Assembly: GCA_026936335.1 (NCBI GenBank)
Contig: JAPMXV010000049.1
Span: 534,656 to 598,655 of the forward strand
Source: Mantamonas sphyraenae STR306
Lineage: Eukaryota > Protista > CRuMs
Direction of reading: 5' to 3'
Length of the DNA: 64,000 nt
Positions within the stretch are counted from its first letter, which is position 1. Each line of letters begins with the position of its first letter. A model generated the notes under the pieces. The model had not been told where the DNA came from. It made no database searches and worked only from the letters and a program-made list of their open reading frames with translations. Below, in pieces: positions 37,278 through 49,424 of this stretch. A program made the translations under genes and the position numbers.

Positions 37278-38055
37278 TGTAGACGACAGGCAGGGGGTGG
37301 TGTGCTGGAGCAGGATGTGCGAACCCCAATGCTTTTTGCTGGCGCAGGACGCGCTGCGCAGCGACACTGGAAACAACCAGAAAGCAAAGCGTGAGTTGCC
37401 AGAGGAGAGGTGTGCGAGGAAGATGGCGATGAAATCGGGAGCAAATGGGCGTGTGTGGGAGGTTGCATGTGGCAAGGGTGTGTGGGAACCGATGGATGTG
37501 GGTGAAGCAGCGGGACGTTTCCGCAGCAAGGAAACGCTTTGTGGGCGACACTTTTCAAGCGGGCGTCCGGTGACCTGCAGAGGGGGCAGCGTGGGATCGG
37601 AACGGGAGGATGGAGTGCAAATGGTGGCGAGTGCAGATTTGTGCATGGGAGAGGAGGGCGGACGAGCGTCTGCGTGCAGAATTGGAAAACTGGGGCGGGG
37701 CGGAGAGAAGAGGGTGCTCGCGGAGCATTGCAAAGGCCAGGCGGCCGTCGGGCGCCCGTAGCGGAGCGAGTGGGCGAGGAAAGCAGCGAGGAGATGTCTC
37801 CATGGGCCAACGTGTGGCGGATGACGCATGGGTGTGGGAAAGAGTGTCGAGGAACGTGCATGGCAGCAGTGGGGAGGGGGGTAAAAAAATCACGGAGCGG
37901 GTGTGGGACGTGCGAAAAACCGCGCGTTTGGCAACGTGCCGGAGAGGACGACGTGGGACGGGAAGAGGGAAGAGAAAGGGTTCAAGAGGACACGTGGATT
38001 GTGGAGACTGACACGCGTGGGCTTGTTGGCGTGGAACCCCGTGGGTGCACAGAGT

Positions 38056-38382
38056 ATGAGCTCGGCTCAAGGAACCGGCAGCGCGGCGCTGAGGATTCTG
38101 GCGAGTCTGGTAGCATTCGGTGCAGGTGTGCTCTGTTTGGTGTATGGATATTTGGCCATTGAGGCACAGCAGTATGACGGCACACCGGTGCTGTTTGGGG
38201 TGGGTCTGGTGCTTGTGATTACGAGCGGGGTGGTTGCGTTCAACTGCTTCAACGACCACGCGGTGGAGATCCCGCAGGTGATGAAGTTCAACAAGATCAG
38301 TCTGGGTGGTGACAACAGCTCCGGGTCTGGCATCGGCAACGAGGTCGAGCTGGGTGTGATGGCTGACGAGAAAATTGAGTGA
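38056..38382 (+). CDS. Small two-TM membrane protein, unknown function
   Basis: ATG-initiated 108-aa ORF with two hydrophobic segments, filling the gap between minus-strand genes. Confidence 0.55.
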   Translation: MSSAQGTGSAALRILASLVAFGAGVLCLVYGYLAIEAQQYDGTPVLFGVGLVLVITSGVVAFNCFNDHAVEIPQVMKFNKISLGGDNSSGSGIGNEVELGVMADEKIE

Positions 38383-38440
38383 AGGGGAATGAAGGAGATT
38401 CGATTCATTTCGGGGCTCATTTTGGAGCAGTTTGTCAAGA

Positions 38441-41400
38441 TCAGCCTGTTTCAAGCTCGACTTTGAGCTCGAGGAATCCGCCGCGTGCACGCCAGTCGTC
38501 GATGGCAAAGAGCCAGCTCTCGTCATCAAAGACGAGGGAGGTTTCGCCGTCACCGTCGACGTACGTGATGTTGAGATCGGTGTCTGCATCGACTCCGGCC
38601 ATCTGCAGGCGGGCAAGGATGGTGGTGCGTGCTTCTGTCCAGGAGAGCTCGACAGCGACACGCATCTTGACGTTCTTCATGCCACAGCGTGCCTTGACGG
38701 GCAAGCGCAGATCATCGGAGGCTTGGGCCGGGGACATGGAGGCAACACTTGCCGAGAGGCTGGCAGTAGGCCAAGAGGCACTGTTTGTGTTTGAATTGGT
38801 GCCGTTGCTGCTGTTGCTGTTGCTGTGGATGCTGGAGGAGGAGGATTCTGGGGAGCCGATCCAGAGGGAGTCGACGTCGGTGCGTTCGACATCCATGGAG
38901 ACCTCGAGGTCGTGAAGCCATTCGATGAGTTGTGTGCTCTGCTGCTGGAGATCGGAGCGCTCCTTGCGCTTCTTGCTGAGGAGAGCCTGAGTGGCGTCGT
39001 AGGAATCTTGTTGGATGAGTTCGAGCTCCATCTTGGCTTGGTCTTCGAGCTGGTTGCACTGTGTGTCGACCATGTGCTCGATTTGCAGGACACGGCCGAT
39101 TTCACGGCGCAATTCTGTGCGCAGTTGGGTGCAGAGGGTGTGGCGTTCGTCGAGGACAGCACACTCCATGCGCTGAAGGCGACACTCCTGGGCGGCCACG
39201 CGTGTTGCAGTGTCCTGCATGCCTGCACGTGCCACAGATGCCATCTTGCGGACCATGCCTGCGAGTTGGCCGTGGAGCATGGCCAGCTTGTCGGTCCAGG
39301 TCTCCCAGCGTGCGCCGATGACCTGAGCGGAGCCAAAGTCGCGCATCCACTCGTCCTGAGCTGACTGGATCTCTTCGACGTCTGCCTCGTGCTTGGCGTG
39401 CTCCTGTTGGAGGCGCCTGACCTGACGTTCGAGCTTGGCGATCTCTCTGCGCTTCGTCTCGACTTGTTGCCACACGGACTCCATGGCTGTGCGCTTGGCA
39501 TCGAGCTTCTGCTGGAACTGGCTGCGCACGTGGATCTGTGTAGTGTACAGGTCCTGCATGTTTTTCTTGAGCTGCGCGAGATCCTGCTGAGCCTCGCCCT
39601 GGAGCTGGTCGAATCGGTCAGCCTGGAGAGCCATCATGTCTCCCTCGACGTTGCTTGCGAGGGCAAGCTCCTCCTTGATGCGCTCGAGCACATGCTGGCT
39701 GGCCTCTTGCTGTGAGGCGGTGGCCCAAACACTTGTGCGCCCGTGGTGATGGGAGGCGCGCGCGTACATGGAAGCGCGGATAGTGCGCAGGTGGTTGCGT
39801 CGCTGGGTGTTGAGCTCGAGCGCCTGGCGGTCAAGGGCAAGAACCTTGTCCTGGGCCATGCGCACGCGATTGACGGCACTGGGAGAGATTGTCTTGAGGG
39901 CTTGCTGGCGTTCGTCAAAGGCGGCGGCACGGTCGTCCTCCAGCTTCTGGAAAGGAGTCTGTGTGTCCGCAAAGTCGCGTGCGAGGTCGAGCCAGGCAGA
40001 CTCTTGCATGGAAGCCATGTGGTGGCGCTGCTCGATCACCGACTCGTGCAAGCGGCGATAGACGTCCATGAGGACACCATGCTGGACGTAGGGGACCTCG
40101 TCGTCAGATTCGGCGAGGGAGCGTACTTGATCGAGGACGGCTTCTGTGCCAGGGAAGGCACAGTCGAGGAGGGCGCGCTCCACCTGTGCGGTGATGGCCT
40201 GGATGGAGGTGGAGTTGGGACAAGTCTGCTTGCGTGTGCGCACACTCTGCATGTTGCGAAAGGTGTGCGCGAGAGAGCTGTGCGACGGTGAGGCCGTTCT
40301 CGACGATAGCCATCTGCTGGGTACGGCGTGGGAGGACATGGACGTGTAGGGGTGAGCCGTGAACATGAAACTCGCCGACGCGGACGCTGATCCAGTACTC
40401 GCCAGTGCGTTTGGGGATGAGCTGGATGGTAGAGTCGACGAGTTCGGCAAACTCGGTCTGGGTGGCCGTGACAAGGTCTGCGTCCTCCTCCATCTCCATG
40501 TCGCACTCGACGGCGATGTCGAACCGGTGTGGGTCGATGCCCTGTGCGCCGTCGAGAGTGAGACGCACGGTCTGCTCTTGTCTTGCTTGGTCGGCGGTTG
40601 TGTCGAGTGAGACGGAGCAGGCAGCGGCGAGAAGGAGAGGTTCGGGAAGGGTGATGATCTGACCGTGCTGGTGGTCATTTGTGCGCGAGCTGCCCTTGCC
40701 GCCGTAGACGAGGACGCCACCGGTGCATGGTACACAGGCATGGTGGCTGATGGCACTTGCGGTGTCCATGTGCGCACGGTCGTCTGCGTCAGCATCAACG
40801 CTCGGGGAGCGGCGTGCGCGGCGCACGAGCGAGGTGCTGCCGTCGAGCGAGCTATGGGAGGAGGTTGTAGACGAGGACGAGGACGATGTGGTGGACGAGG
40901 AAGAGGACGAGGACGACGAGGACGAAGATGTACCTGAGGACATGATCATCGGAGTGACGTCGTCAGCGTCGGAGATGGAGGCAGCGCCGAGGGTGCATCG
41001 GTACCAGGTGGCGTTGGCGAGGTCGAGAACATGGACGTCACCAAAGCGAGAAGAGGACTTTTTCCCGCCGACAACAATGGCAAATTTGCCGATGCGAGTC
41101 ATGGCGTGTGCGTAGCGTGGGCAGGGCGGTTGGCCGGTGGTGGGCACGGGGGCGAACCACTGCATGGTGCTTGCGTCAAGGATCTGCAGGTAGTCTGTAC
41201 AGGAGCCTGGACCCTTGCTTCCTCCAAAGATGTACATGAGGTCGCCAAGCATGATGGATTTGTGGGAATTGAGAGCGAGCGGCGGCTTGTTGACAGGCAA
41301 GACGTCCACCCTGCTCCATGTTCCGGTCTCTGTGTCGTAGGCGTGAATGTCGTCGAAGCGCTTCCCTCCGTCTGAGCCTCCGTACACCAGCATGCGCGTG

Positions 41401-42364
41401 CCGTACATGCAAGCGGAGTGGATGGAGCGTTTGCTTGGCGCGTCGCCTTTGGACGGGAGTTTGGACCAGTGCATTGTGTTGAGATCTGACAAGGGGTGGA
41501 GTGGAGAGGGGTGTTGCGGCGTGTGTGAGTGGGTTGAAGGTTGAACAAGGTGAGGACGTGGGCGTGCGGGAGTGGTCGGCTGGCGACTCGCGGGCGAGGT
41601 TGCTGACCAACTCGGCCAAACGTCATTTCGCGAGAGAAAAAAAAAACGCTTGCTGGCGTACCAAGTGCATAGAGGTCGTCGAGTCGGGAGGACTCGTTTG
41701 CGCCTCCAAAGATGTACATGGTGTTGGATGCGGGATCCACGACGGCAGAGTGGTCGCAGCGAGGCGACGGGGCGTCGCCTGTGCAAACGGGAGCGAGCCA
41801 ACGAACGGATCCGGGAGCCGTTTCTTGGTTGTCGTGATTGTCATTGTGGCAGAGGACGACTTCCATGACCAGGGTGTCGTCGACATACTGTCCCGGATGT
41901 GAGGGGCTGCCACTGCAGTAGCCGCCGAAGCAGAGGGCGTAGGTGACGCCTCGGGGCTGGTTGTCGGTGACAAACGACACCAAGGTGTGCCCAGCACGGT
42001 TCTCGGGCGCCTGATGCATGGGTTGTGCGAGCAGGTCTGAGCCGCTGAGCATGGGGTCCGTGTCGTCTATGGAGGGAGATTCCTGAGCCAGTTGTGCGTC
42101 TTCAGAGCTATTTACGTCGTGCTCGAGTTGAGTGAACAATGGCTGCGCAGAATGGCCATTGGAATTGTGTCGTGGAGCAGACTGCCAGCGGCAGACAAGG
42201 TTGCCGGTCGACTGTTTCATGGCATGTGCAATATCATCATGGGTCACAGTGTGCGTCTGCTTGGTGGCAAGGATGGCACGCTGTTGCATGGACTCGTCGG
42301 CTTCGTCGTCGGATTCGTAGCCGTCGTCGTCGTTTCCTCGGGGTGAGTGGGGTCTTGAGAACAT
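38441..42364 (-). CDS. Kelch-repeat / filamin-type Ig / long coiled-coil / PB1-domain protein (spliced)
   Basis: Kelch repeats (GDAPSPRCDHS, MYIFGG, PCPRYAH); filamin-like repeat (...IPKRTGEYWISVRVGEFHVHGSPLHVHV); coiled coil; C-terminal PB1 (VKARC...ITYVDGDGETSLVFDD). Three ORF frames linked by introns. Confidence 0.75.
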
Positions 42365-42614
42365 CGCCAGTCCTTCTTGTTCTTCTTCCTTCTTCTTCTT
42401 CGCTACAACTAGGGATGTGCTGTGTGGGTGTCGTTCAGTCACGCGTTGGAGTGTGCAGACGAGGTGGTTTTTTTGAATTGGGGGTGGTGGCGCGGCGGAG
42501 GCCAGGGAGGTGTTCAAGGGTGGGTGGGTGGAAACGGAAAACAGCTTGTTGATCTTGCTTGCGGTCGAGATCGGTGCAAGGCCAAGTGTTGTGTATTTGG
42601 ATGCCGAGTGGAGA

Positions 42615-44473
42615 TCAACTGAAGAGTTGGATTTTGCCGTCCCAGCCGCAGGTGGCGACAAAGCTGGGCTCGATGGGGTGCCACTGGACGTCGATACAGA
42701 CACCCTGGTGGGCAGAGAGCTTTTTAAAGACGCGGCAGCTCTTCCAGTCCCAGACAAAGAGCTTGCCGTCAGAGTCGCCGCTGATGAGGTACTTGCCGTC
42801 TGGGGAAAAGTCCATGCGGCAGGCGTAGCCTGCGACGAGGTGGCCACGAAAGTGCTTCTTCTTGTTGAGCTTGAAACGGTTGGTAGCCTCGTAAACGACG
42901 ATGCGGTTGTCGAGAGACTGTGCGGCAAAGTGTTTGCCGGACGGGTGCACACGGACAGCAGGCATACTGTGCATGTAGGGCTCGCTGATGTACTTGATCT
43001 CGACATTGACACCGTTTTCCCAGACACGGATGCTCTTGTCGTCGGAGGTGGTGACGAAGCGGGTGCCGTCGTCGACAAAGGTGATGGTGTTGATGGCGCC
43101 GTCGTGGCGGTCGTAGGTGTGGATGAGATCACCCGAGCGGACGTCAAACTGAAAGACCTCACGGCCTTGGGTGCCCATGAGGACCTCGTTGCCCGAGCTG
43201 AGTGGGTTGAAGACGCAGCAGATGGGGGCTTTGCCCGTGCTCTCGAAGGTGTTGATGCTCTTGCCGGTTTCCGTGTCCCACAGCTTCATGGTCTTGTCGT
43301 AGGAGCAGCTGAGGAAGCGCCAGCCATCGTCGTTCCATGTGGCGTCGCGCACGCCTTGCTTGTGGCCGCGGATGGTGGCCATGCAGGCGCCGTTTTGAAA
43401 GACATCCCAGAGGCGAAGGGTGTGATCGAGGCCGGCCGAGAGGAGGATGTGGCCGTATTGGGGGGAGAAGGCGATGCGAGAAACGCCCTTTGTGTGGCCG
43501 GTCCAGGTGAACTCCTCCTTCTTGGGCAGGTAGGTGTCGTGTTCTCCAGCGGCAGCCTTGAGCTCGCTGGGTGCCTCGAGACGCGAACGGCCTTGGTAGT
43601 CTTTCTCGTCTGTGTTTTTCCATGAGGCATGCCACTTGACACTCTCTACAAAGTCGTTGTTGCCGACGCGTTGTTTCTTGGCGTTTGCTGCGCGGAGGTC
43701 GTCAAGACGTTGTTGCTCCTCGTCCGTGAGGGTGACCTGTGTCTTTTCGACGCCAGCCCAGGGTCCTGTGTACTCTTCTGTGTTTGAGCTGTCCCAGTTG
43801 CGGTCCTTGCGCTTACGCTGGCCAGCCATTTGCTTCTCGGCGGCAGCTGGGGGCGAGGCGCATGTTCCGAAGGCGTGCACAAAGCTGTCAGCGAGCGGGA
43901 AAGGGGAGGAGGAAGAGGGGAGAGGTGTACAGGGGTGGAATGTGGGGAAAGGATGGAGGGGACGGAGAAGGGGACTTACCACGTTCGCGCTCGTCCTGGT
44001 GGACCTGGAGTGGATTCCCGCCAAAATCGAGACGGCCGCTGGGATCCTCGGCGGTGCCTTGTGACTCAAAAGCGAGGTACTGCTGGGTAAATGTGGTGCT
44101 GTCGACAGCCGCGTCGATGACTTGGCCGGTGAGGTGATTTGTTTTGAGGCGGACAAGGGCATCCCTTCCGTTGATGCGCACGGGGCCCTGGACGGGAGCA
44201 AAGAGCTCGTCGTACTTGGGATTGTGTTGGATATCTGTGGTGGAAGCGAGCACGAGGGCTGTGCTGCGTTTCTGGTTGCCAATCTTTTTGGTGACGGCTG
44301 GAGCGGCGTTGACGTGGAAGGAGGTGGAGATGGATGCGGCGGAGGAAGAGGAGGAGGGAGGAGGAGGAGGAGGATGAAGAGGAGGAGGCAGGTACGGTGC
44401 TACTGGACGATAAATCGATGGTTGTTTCGTCGTCGGAATCGTCCGAGTCACCGTAGGCGTGGAGGGAGTGCAT
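42615..44473 (-). CDS. CDC40: Pre-mRNA splicing factor Prp17/CDC40 (WD40)
   Basis: NPKYDELFAPVQGP, DYQGRS, YLPKK...WTGHTKGV, KYISEPYMHSMP, KKKHFRGHLVAGYAC, VATCGWDGKI; one intron at about 43849-43979. Confidence 0.95.
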
Positions 44474-44650
44474 CGGGACAGGCGGGTTTGGGTTGTGTCG
44501 GGGTGGGACTGGACGCGCAAGGTCGTGCAAAGGGACTTGTTTGTGTGTGTGTGTGTGGAGGACGCAGGTTACAGAGAGCGATAACGACGAGACAGAGACA
44601 GAGAGCGAGAGACTGCACTGTGCACACAACTGCAAGGAGACGCAAAAGAA

Positions 44651-46711
44651 ATGTACAACGCGAGAGCCAAGTACTCGTTTACGGCGACACACAACGACGA
44701 GCTGTCGTTTGCAAAGGGGGACGTGCTGGAGGTGACCAAGGAGTTGAACGGGGACTGGGTGGAGGCGAGGCAGGCGTCGGGCGGGCGGACGGGCTTTGCG
44801 CCAGCGAACCGGCTGGTGCGTTTGGAGGAGGAAGGAGAGGAAACGCCGCCACCGCCGCCGCCGCGACGGAACCGAGGGGCGACACACGCAGCCATTGTGC
44901 AGCCACACGTGCATGGGAGGACAGAGTTTGGAGGAGGGATGTCGAGGCGAGAGGGAAGCACGGCGTCGAGGCAGCGTTCACAAACGGGCCTGGCGGGCCC
45001 AGGAGAAGGGGTCATCCGGCGTGGGCGTGCGTCGTCTACCATTCCTTCGGCAGACTTTATGTTCAAGACGCCGTTCAAAGACAAGGTAAAGACGCGACTG
45101 AACCGGTTCCTGGCGCAGAGGCCGACGGCAGGAGACCTGTCTGCAAAGAACATCTTTGACGGAGGGTCGTCGACGAGCAGCAGCAGCAGCGGATCGTCGA
45201 GCAGCAGCAGCGGGGCGGCTGGGACGGGAGGAAGCAGCGGATCAGGGGGTGGCAACGCAGGCGCGTCGGGGGATGGAGAGGACAAGGAATCGCGCACATT
45301 CAAGCTGCCTGCACTGAATTTGCGCGGCTTCAAAACGGAAGACACCTCGAAATCGGGCCGGGTAAAGTTTTTGGAGCGGTTCATCCGGACGCGGTCGGAT
45401 CGGATGGAGCTGGAGGAACTGAACATCCTGCAGGCGTTCCAGCCCATCTTTGGAGAGACGCTGCAGGACATTGCAAAGCTGAGCCAGGAGCCTGTGCCGA
45501 CGTTTGTGCAGAACGCTGTTGCGTTTCTGGACAAGCACCTGGAGACGGAGGGGATTTTCCGAATCCCAGCAGATGCGGGCACAGTGCAGCGCATCCGCAT
45601 GGAGCTGAACCAGAAAAATGACCTGTCGCTGGAGGAGCACGACGTGCACGAGGTGGCGGCGCTCCTGAAGCTGTTTCTGCGGGAGCTGCGTGAGCCGCTG
45701 CTGAGCAACGCGCTGCATGACGAGTTTGTAGCACTTCATGGTGTGGCATCTGCGTCGAGTGCACTGATTGGTCTGCGGTCGCTTGTGCAACGACTTCCTG
45801 TGGAGAACCGGGCGGTGTTGGCTGTGCTTGTGCCGTTCCTAGCACGTGTGGCAGCACGAAGCGAGGTGAACAAGATGGACGTACCGAACCTGGCGCTGAT
45901 TTTCGGGCCGAACATCCTGCGGCCGTCGACGGAATCGTCGTTTGCGTTTGCCAACATCGGGGCGCAGGTGTATGTGCTGCAAACGATGATTGAAAACACC
46001 GAGTCGCTGTTTGCAGACGGAGATGTGCTGCCATCAAACACGATTGCCGCAGTGGCGCTGTACGACTACGAAGGCGAGGTGCAGTTTAGCGAAGGGGATG
46101 AAATCAGCGTGTACGTGACGCACGAGGGCGGGTGGAGCGAGGGCATGGTGCAGCGAAGCGGAGCGTACGGGATGTTTCCGACCGATTATGTGCGGTTTGT
46201 GAGGTCCAAGGGAGGAGGCGGAAAGGGAGGAGGAGGGAATGGCACGGCGGGGTCAGGCGAGGGAGGCGAGGGAGGGGAAGGGGTGGAACAGACGGTGATG
46301 GCGCTGGCAGAGAAGATCGTGAAGTATGAGGGACAGATCAAGCAGGCGCAAGGCAAGGTGGACAAGGCGAAGGTGAGCATAGAGTCGGAACGGGAGGAGC
46401 TGGACGGGGCGCGAGCAAAGGGCAAGGAGCTGGAGGCGGAGATTGAGCGGGTGTCGCGGGAGTTTGAAGAGGTGTACAGCGAGACGGTGGCGACGGTGAT
46501 GGCAGACAACAACGACCAGGATCTGGTGGAGCTGCGGGACGAGGTGGAGAACCAAAGCCGGCGTGTGGAGATCCTGCGCGCGGAGAGGGAGCGGCTGAGC
46601 AGGATTGCCGGGACGGGCGGGGAGGTGGAGCGGGAAGTGAACGAGCTACGGTTGCGTGTGTTTTTGCTGGCCAAGAGTGTGGAGGTGATGGAAGGATTGC
46701 TGGAAGGGTGA
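44651..46711 (+). CDS. SH3-RPEL-RPEL-RhoGAP-SH3-coiled-coil protein
   Basis: SH3 (ARAKYSF...ELSF..GD...W...G..PAN); RPEL-like RLNRFLAQRPTAGDLSAKNIF; RhoGAP EGIFRIP, LLKLFLRELREPL, NKMDVPNLALIFGPNIL; second SH3 (ALYDY...GMFPTDYV). Confidence 0.92.
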   Translation: MYNARAKYSFTATHNDELSFAKGDVLEVTKELNGDWVEARQASGGRTGFAPANRLVRLEEEGEETPPPPPPRRNRGATHAAIVQPHVHGRTEFGGGMSRREGSTASRQRSQTGLAGPGEGVIRRGRASSTIPSADFMFKTPFKDKVKTRLNRFLAQRPTAGDLSAKNIFDGGSSTSSSSSGSSSSSSGAAGTGGSSGSGGGNAGASGDGEDKESRTFKLPALNLRGFKTEDTSKSGRVKFLERFIRTRSDRMELEELNILQAFQPIFGETLQDIAKLSQEPVPTFVQNAVAFLDKHLETEGIFRIPADAGTVQRIRMELNQKNDLSLEEHDVHEVAALLKLFLRELREPLLSNALHDEFVALHGVASASSALIGLRSLVQRLPVENRAVLAVLVPFLARVAARSEVNKMDVPNLALIFGPNILRPSTESSFAFANIGAQVYVLQTMIENTESLFADGDVLPSNTIAAVALYDYEGEVQFSEGDEISVYVTHEGGWSEGMVQRSGAYGMFPTDYVRFVRSKGGGGKGGGGNGTAGSGEGGEGGEGVEQTVMALAEKIVKYEGQIKQAQGKVDKAKVSIESEREELDGARAKGKELEAEIERVSREFEEVYSETVATVMADNNDQDLVELRDEVENQSRRVEILRAERERLSRIAGTGGEVEREVNELRLRVFLLAKSVEVMEGLLEG

Positions 46712-46728
46712 TGCGAGCGGGAAAGACC

Positions 46729-47760
46729 TCACGATGAAATTTTTGCCACGATGTCAGCCCAGAAGTCACTGCCGAGAGTCTTTACACGCTCGAGACGGGC
46801 AAGGGGTGCCTTGTAGTGTCCTGCGAGAGAGCCGCCGGGGTGGCGGACCTCAAACTGGCGGAAGCGCCAAAAGGTGATGCTAAGCAGAGCGTACTGGACC
46901 ATGAGGCCCAGGCAGGTGGGTGTCTCGGCATCCACGAGGGGCCTTTTGGCGACGTAGGCGTTGAGAAGGGCGAGAACGAGGTCAGAGTCGAGGTCGAGGG
47001 CGTCCTGGGACGGGTAGCAGCATCCGATCAAGGTCATGGCGACGTCAAGGAGGAGGGGCGCGTCGCAGACTTCTTCAAAGTCGACGATGGCGAGCAGGCG
47101 AGCGTCTTTGTCGCAGAGGATGTTGTCGAGAAAGATGTCTCCGTGGACAATGCCGCGTGGGAGGTCGGGAGAGTCCTCGAGGGAGGCGTCGGCGATTGCG
47201 GCGGCGTCTTTGCGAAGCATGGTGACAAAGTCGTGGGAACGCCAGTCTGTGTGGTCTTGGGCCCAGTCGAGAAAAGGGTTGATTTCTGCGAGGCCCATGG
47301 CAAAGGGAGGGAGGTTGAGGTCGGTGGGGTCGATTGCGTGGAGGTCGGCGAGGGCGGAGCCGAGGTCTGCGGCGAGGTCGCAGGTGGCTGTGGAGGGGCT
47401 GGTGCCTGTGATAAAGTCAAAGAGGATGGCGCGTACGTCGAGGGCGTCGTCGAGCGTAGCTGTGAGGAGGGAGTCGCCCGAGGCGGTTGGGTGTGCGTAG
47501 CAAGTGGTGAAGCCAGCGTCTTTGAGCTTGTCGAGGACGGCAAGCCAGGTGGTCATTTGCTCCTGGGTCTTTTCGTTGACTTGTTTGAGCATGTAGGTGC
47601 CGGAGGAGGTGTCGAGGCGGATGTTTGTGTTTGCGAGGCCGCCCTTGAGGAGGGTGAACTGTTGGAGGTCTCCCAAGGCGAACTGGGTGCAGATCCACTG
47701 CATTTGGGAGTCTGTAAAGATGGTTTGGTGGATTTTGGCTTCGGAGGAGGAGGTGGACAT
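46729..47760 (-). CDS. Type II homoserine kinase (ThrB)/APH-family phosphotransferase
   Basis: GGLANTN, LPRGIVHGDIFLDNIL, IVDFEEVC; intronless. Confidence 0.8.
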   Translation of the reverse strand: MSTSSSEAKIHQTIFTDSQMQWICTQFALGDLQQFTLLKGGLANTNIRLDTSSGTYMLKQVNEKTQEQMTTWLAVLDKLKDAGFTTCYAHPTASGDSLLTATLDDALDVRAILFDFITGTSPSTATCDLAADLGSALADLHAIDPTDLNLPPFAMGLAEINPFLDWAQDHTDWRSHDFVTMLRKDAAAIADASLEDSPDLPRGIVHGDIFLDNILCDKDARLLAIVDFEEVCDAPLLLDVAMTLIGCCYPSQDALDLDSDLVLALLNAYVAKRPLVDAETPTCLGLMVQYALLSITFWRFRQFEVRHPGGSLAGHYKAPLARLERVKTLGSDFWADIVAKISS

Positions 47761-47829
47761 GGTGGGTGTGTGGGTTGGTGGGAGTGGCGCAGGCGCGGGC
47801 AGACAAGGGTGCAAGCGAGGCAATTTGGA

Positions 47830-49314
47830 ATGGCATCGATGACTGAGGAGACGTTGTTGATCCAAGGGAAGAAGGCGCCGTTCTACCGTCAGCCAAACAA
47901 CTGGTATGCGTGGACGGTGACGGGCTGCTTCTTTTTGGCGTACGTGCTGAATCAGGCGGACCGTCTGCTGCTGCCTGTGTTTTCGCCGCTGCTGACGGCG
48001 TCCATTCCGATGTCGGACACGGAACTGGGCCTGCTGATGGGGCCTGCGTTTACGATCTTTTACATTGCGTCTGGTATCCCTGTGGCGCTGCTTGCGGATC
48101 GGTGGAGCCGGCGGAACGTGATGTTGCTGGGCTTGTCGCTGTGGTCTGTGATGACGTTTCTGACGTCGATGTCAACGGAGTACTGGCACGTGTTTCTGAC
48201 GCGGCTGGGCCTGGGGTTGGGAGAGGCAGCGTGCACGCCGCCCGCATTCTCGTTGATCTCGGACTTTTTCACGCCGGAACGACGTGGGTTTGCGATTGCG
48301 GCATACAACTTTGCAATCTATGTGGGGATTGGGCTCGGGTATGCGCTGGGTGCGGTGACGACGGTGGCGGGAGGGTGGCGGCCAATCTTTGCGTGGGCGG
48401 GACTTGTGGGGGTAGGGCTGGCGGTGGTGTTTTTTGCTGTGGTGCGTGAGCCTCCACGAGGGATGTCTGAGAAGATGGGGGAGACGGGACGGGAAGAGGC
48501 GGTTGCGCTGGAGGGGAGAGGGTGGGGAGGTGGTGTCTGGTGGGGAGGCGGAGGGGGAAGAGGGAGAGGACGGGGGAGAGGATGTGTCGCTGTGGGAGGT
48601 GCTTCGTCACATTTGGGAGTCGCGTGCGTTTGTGTTTTTGATCCTGAGTGCGTCTGCGAGGCAGTTTGCAGGGTACGCGCTTGCGTCGTGGACGCCGAGC
48701 TTTTTCGCGCGTGTGCACGGGATTGACAGCGTGGTACAGGCAGAGTACCTGAGTTGGATTGTGCCGGTGAGTGGGGCGGTGGGTGTGTTGACGGGAGGGC
48801 ATCTGTCGGACCGATGGGCAAGGCGGAGTGCAGCTGCGCGGCCGGTGATTGCGGCAGTGGGCTCGCTGGGGGCGTTGCCGTTTATGATTGCGGCAGTGCT
48901 GGCTGAGGACTACCAGACGGCGTTCTTTCTGCTGATCCCGTCGTACATGTGTTCGGAGATGTGGAGTGGGCCAGCGGCGGCGTTGGTGCAAGAGTTTTCC
49001 CCACCCGGAGGGAGGACGTTGGCAAGTGCTATTTGTAGGTTGGGTGTGTGGAGGGGGGTTGGTTTGGGTATGCTGACATTTGGGGAGGATGCGCTGCAGA
49101 CATGTTTGTGATCACGCTGATTGGAGGGGCGGCGCCGCTGATTGTTGGGGCGTTGAACGACCAGAATCATACGCCGGATTCGCTTCGGACGACGTTGTTG
49201 TGGGTGGTGGTGGTGTGCTACACGCTGTCGGGGTTGTTGTTTTTGTGGACGGGCAGATTGGTGAGGCGGAAGGAAAAGGAAGAGGCGGAGAGGGGATTGC
49301 GAGGGAGAGAGTGA
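47830..49314 (+). CDS. MFS transporter, Spinster-like
   Basis: LNQADR, LADRWSRRN, RLGLGLGEAACTPPAFSLISDFF, GGHLSDR. Apparent +1 indel in GGGG at about 48513-48516 and an intron at about 49036-49099. Confidence 0.88.
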
Positions 49315-49424
49315 ACAAGGGGGGGGGGTGAGGTGCAATGAAGGATTGTGGATGGAGGATTGAGGCTCGTGGATTGATTGTTTTTTATACGGAGTGTTGG
49401 TACAAATTTGTGGAGCAGCACGAC

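Noticed and set aside
37278-38055. Second long intergenic gap as a structured RNA
   Set aside because: Purine/G-rich low-complexity sequence resembling local introns and UTRs; I found no comparable nested stems.
46816-47760. Long antisense ORFs (also 57536-59485, 19660-21474, 53449-54588 and others)
   Set aside because: Shadow frames of GC-rich genes on the opposite strand; no independent motifs.
48510-48520. Frame break in the MFS transporter
   Set aside because: Same pattern: one extra G in GGGG restores the frame. Likely an assembly indel or a tiny intron, not recoding.
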